A stretch of 63,281 nucleotides of DNA, counting the filler, from Globobulimina sp. (lineage: Eukaryota), in the NCBI GenBank assembly GCA_003354225.1. It is 29 parts of 29 records of this genome, joined end to end, with 100 filler letters (N's around TTAATTAATTAA, not from the genome) between each part and the next. Parts side by side here need not be neighbours in the genome. Positions count along the whole stretch, not along the records: positions 61,198 to 63,281 come from PIVH01009133.1; 28 more parts are not named here. One strand, given 5' to 3'. This document shows, piece after piece, positions 61,250 to 63,281 of this stretch (within the stretch, counting starts at the first letter, position 1; every line of letters begins with the position of its first letter). The notes beneath the pieces are model-generated. The model searched no databases, had not been told where the DNA came from, and was given only the letters and a program-made list of their open reading frames with translations. A program made the translations under genes and the position numbers.

Positions 61250-62044
61250 TTATTTATTATCATTTTGTTTAAAAGATGCCAATAAATTATTGATATAATC
61301 GGCACCTCTTTGTTCTCTAAATGAGTTTAACATATTTTGCCAATATGGTCCGGCATCCTTTTGATTCGGTGCGCCATCCAAATGCGCCTGAACTGGCGTA
61401 TAACATCGTTGCTTAACCTGCCATACTCTTAACCCTTTGACTGGACGTGGAATACTCACATCTTTGCCGTGATCGTCCTTGACCATCCACTCTTTTTTCT
61501 CCTCCTCCGGCGAGGGAAAGGCCATATGATCGAACATGGAAGTGATCAAACCGATATTTAACAGCCGTTTGAAGGCAGCCTCGCAGGTCGGATTTTCGAT
61601 CATATCCTTCCAATTTTTAAATTTGGTTTTTCGATATCCCTCCAATGATAATAAGCTCATTGGCGCCAAGAACCATGGCCCATTGTTGTAAAATGTGTAT
61701 TCGATCAAGGCGGAGGGCGATAAGTCTTCCATTGTTATCTTGTCCTCTAATTCTATAATATCAATATCGGAGGAACTGATCACAATTATTTTCTCAGACA
61801 TGTCCTTGTCTTCGTTTTTTATATCATCCGCTTCATCTTTGCGTACACATTCAACTGCCAATACATGTTGACCTTTCAGTATTTGTTCGCATAAAGCACC
61901 GTACATTTTAATGCGTTCTTCTTCTAAATAGCGCACTGACGATACGGCCAATTCGTTTTCATCCTCATCTTCCAGTGGTATTTTACCGATCATTTCACGA
62001 ATGTTTGCTGGTACTTGTTTTTGTGCATTATCTGCTTGAGCCAT
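61250..62044 (-). CDS. Complete 264-aa protein of unknown function
   Basis: Clean ATG-TAA ORF with a GC-richer globular C-terminal half. Confidence 0.7.
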   Translation of the reverse strand: MAQADNAQKQVPANIREMIGKIPLEDEDENELAVSSVRYLEEERIKMYGALCEQILKGQHVLAVECVRKDEADDIKNEDKDMSEKIIVISSSDIDIIELEDKITMEDLSPSALIEYTFYNNGPWFLAPMSLLSLEGYRKTKFKNWKDMIENPTCEAAFKRLLNIGLITSMFDHMAFPSPEEEKKEWMVKDDHGKDVSIPRPVKGLRVWQVKQRCYTPVQAHLDGAPNQKDAGPYWQNMLNSFREQRGADYINNLLASFKQNDNK

Positions 62045-62394
62045 GGTCAGAAAAAACGTTTCGTTTTGATTTAAAACCTTGATTGCAAGAATACTTTAGT
62101 TCCTTGCTTATATAAAACAAAGACAAACAATATATTTTTTCGAACTGGTCAATGAAATAAATACATCAAATCGGATCTGATCTGGACTAAATTCACGTGA
62201 GCTAAAGGGAAATTACTTGTGAAAACATAATTTGATATATACACATACAAGTCTTTCCTTTTACAATCTATCCGATTTGTACTCATACACAACACAACAA
62301 AGAACAGGTCAAGCGAAATGACGAAAGAGTTCATATAATTATTAATTAAAATTACATGTGGGAAAGAAGACAAAAGTGAATACAAAAGAATGAT

Positions 62395-63281
62395 TTATTT
62401 TTTTTTTACGAACAAGCCTTCCAACTCCTTCATCACTCTCAATACAATCTCGTCATCAAAAGGTCTTCCAAATACTTGAACATTAACAGGTAATCCTTTA
62501 GCATCCTTCATAAATTCATTTAATTCCCTTGACATTGAGTCTCTTTGTTCCATCGGTAATAAATGAGTATCATATTTACATTCTTCCTCTTTAACAAAAG
62601 TGATTGGTCCAATACTTCCAGCACTGCAATCTAATATATTTTGCAAAAGTGTTGGAGTTAAACTGGTCGCCACGCCCAAATGTCTGCTACATCCGATAGG
62701 TAATGCAGGAAAATAAGAAACCGGTGTCAACAAAACATCGATTTTATCATTATCATATTTATCGACCCATTGCCAAAATTCATACTTAAATTCCATAATT
62801 TCATACATTTTATCTTCTAATTGTTTAACTGTTGCACTTGTTGCAATTTTAGAAATAAAAACTTTTCTTTTCTCACCAAAATAGCTTAGCACTGGATGCA
62901 ATATACATGTTTTAATTATATCTGGTATACTTTTATAATATTTACCTTTCATATATTGTGGATGCAATGGTTCACCTTGTAATGCATTGATGTATTTTGT
63001 CATATTTCCCTCAGGAAACATATATTTAAAATACATTTGTAATATTTTTGGACCATCATTAAAATCCATCGGAATTAATTTATATTTATAATGTGTTTTT
63101 AATCCGTCAACACATAAATTAATAGCACGTTTAACAACATTTGTAGCAGTAAACCATCCGTCATTTATCCAATAACCAATATTTAAGTGTGGTTTATCTG
63201 AGTTTAAATACATATTCTCTCGAAATGGAACAGGAGCGCAATATACATCCAATTCAAATGTCTTTGGAGGCCAGAAACCTT
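62395..63281 (-). CDS. Amidase-signature family (FAAH-like) C-terminal part
   Basis: IGYWINDG, DVLLTPV..PA, NILDCSAG and GLPVNVQVFGRPFDDEIVLRVMKELE. Confidence 0.88.
   Translation of the reverse strand, partial: GFWPPKTFELDVYCAPVPFRENMYLNSDKPHLNIGYWINDGWFTATNVVKRAINLCVDGLKTHYKYKLIPMDFNDGPKILQMYFKYMFPEGNMTKYINALQGEPLHPQYMKGKYYKSIPDIIKTCILHPVLSYFGEKRKVFISKIATSATVKQLEDKMYEIMEFKYEFWQWVDKYDNDKIDVLLTPVSYFPALPIGCSRHLGVATSLTPTLLQNILDCSAGSIGPITFVKEEECKYDTHLLPMEQRDSMSRELNEFMKDAKGLPVNVQVFGRPFDDEIVLRVMKELEGLFVKKK

Overview
This window is not continuous DNA. It is 29 unrelated contigs of about 2.08-2.09 kb, sorted by size and joined by artificial 100-bp linkers (N-run, TTAATTAATTAA, N-run). Most contigs come from an AT-rich eukaryote with short (about 50-75 nt) introns. 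The gene style suggests a protist, possibly foraminiferan/rhizarian, which is inference only. Recognisable genes or fragments include NTAN1, GGT, tRNA-Ala(CGC), DnaJ, a CPA2 antiporter, XRN, eIF4E, an F-box protein, anoctamin, LPCAT, SMN, a CDF transporter, an ankyrin protein, citrate synthase, a CAMK-group kinase, EMC8/9, G-alpha, glycosyltransferases and an amidase. There are also hAT, MULE and LINE remnants. At least three contigs look chimeric, and two contain bacterial DNA (1-~590 and ~48780-50177). The most notable signals are: (i) a ~220-nt structured non-coding element resembling an IS110 bridge-RNA-type left end with no adjacent recombinase; (ii) a bromodomain-PHD-hAT dimerisation fusion next to an apparent hAT terminus; (iii) an in-frame fusion of a eukaryotic STI1-like segment to a bacterial TPR/beta-barrel protein, missed by the ORF track; (iv) single in-frame stops in otherwise intact genes. 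All family assignments come from recalled motifs, not database searches.
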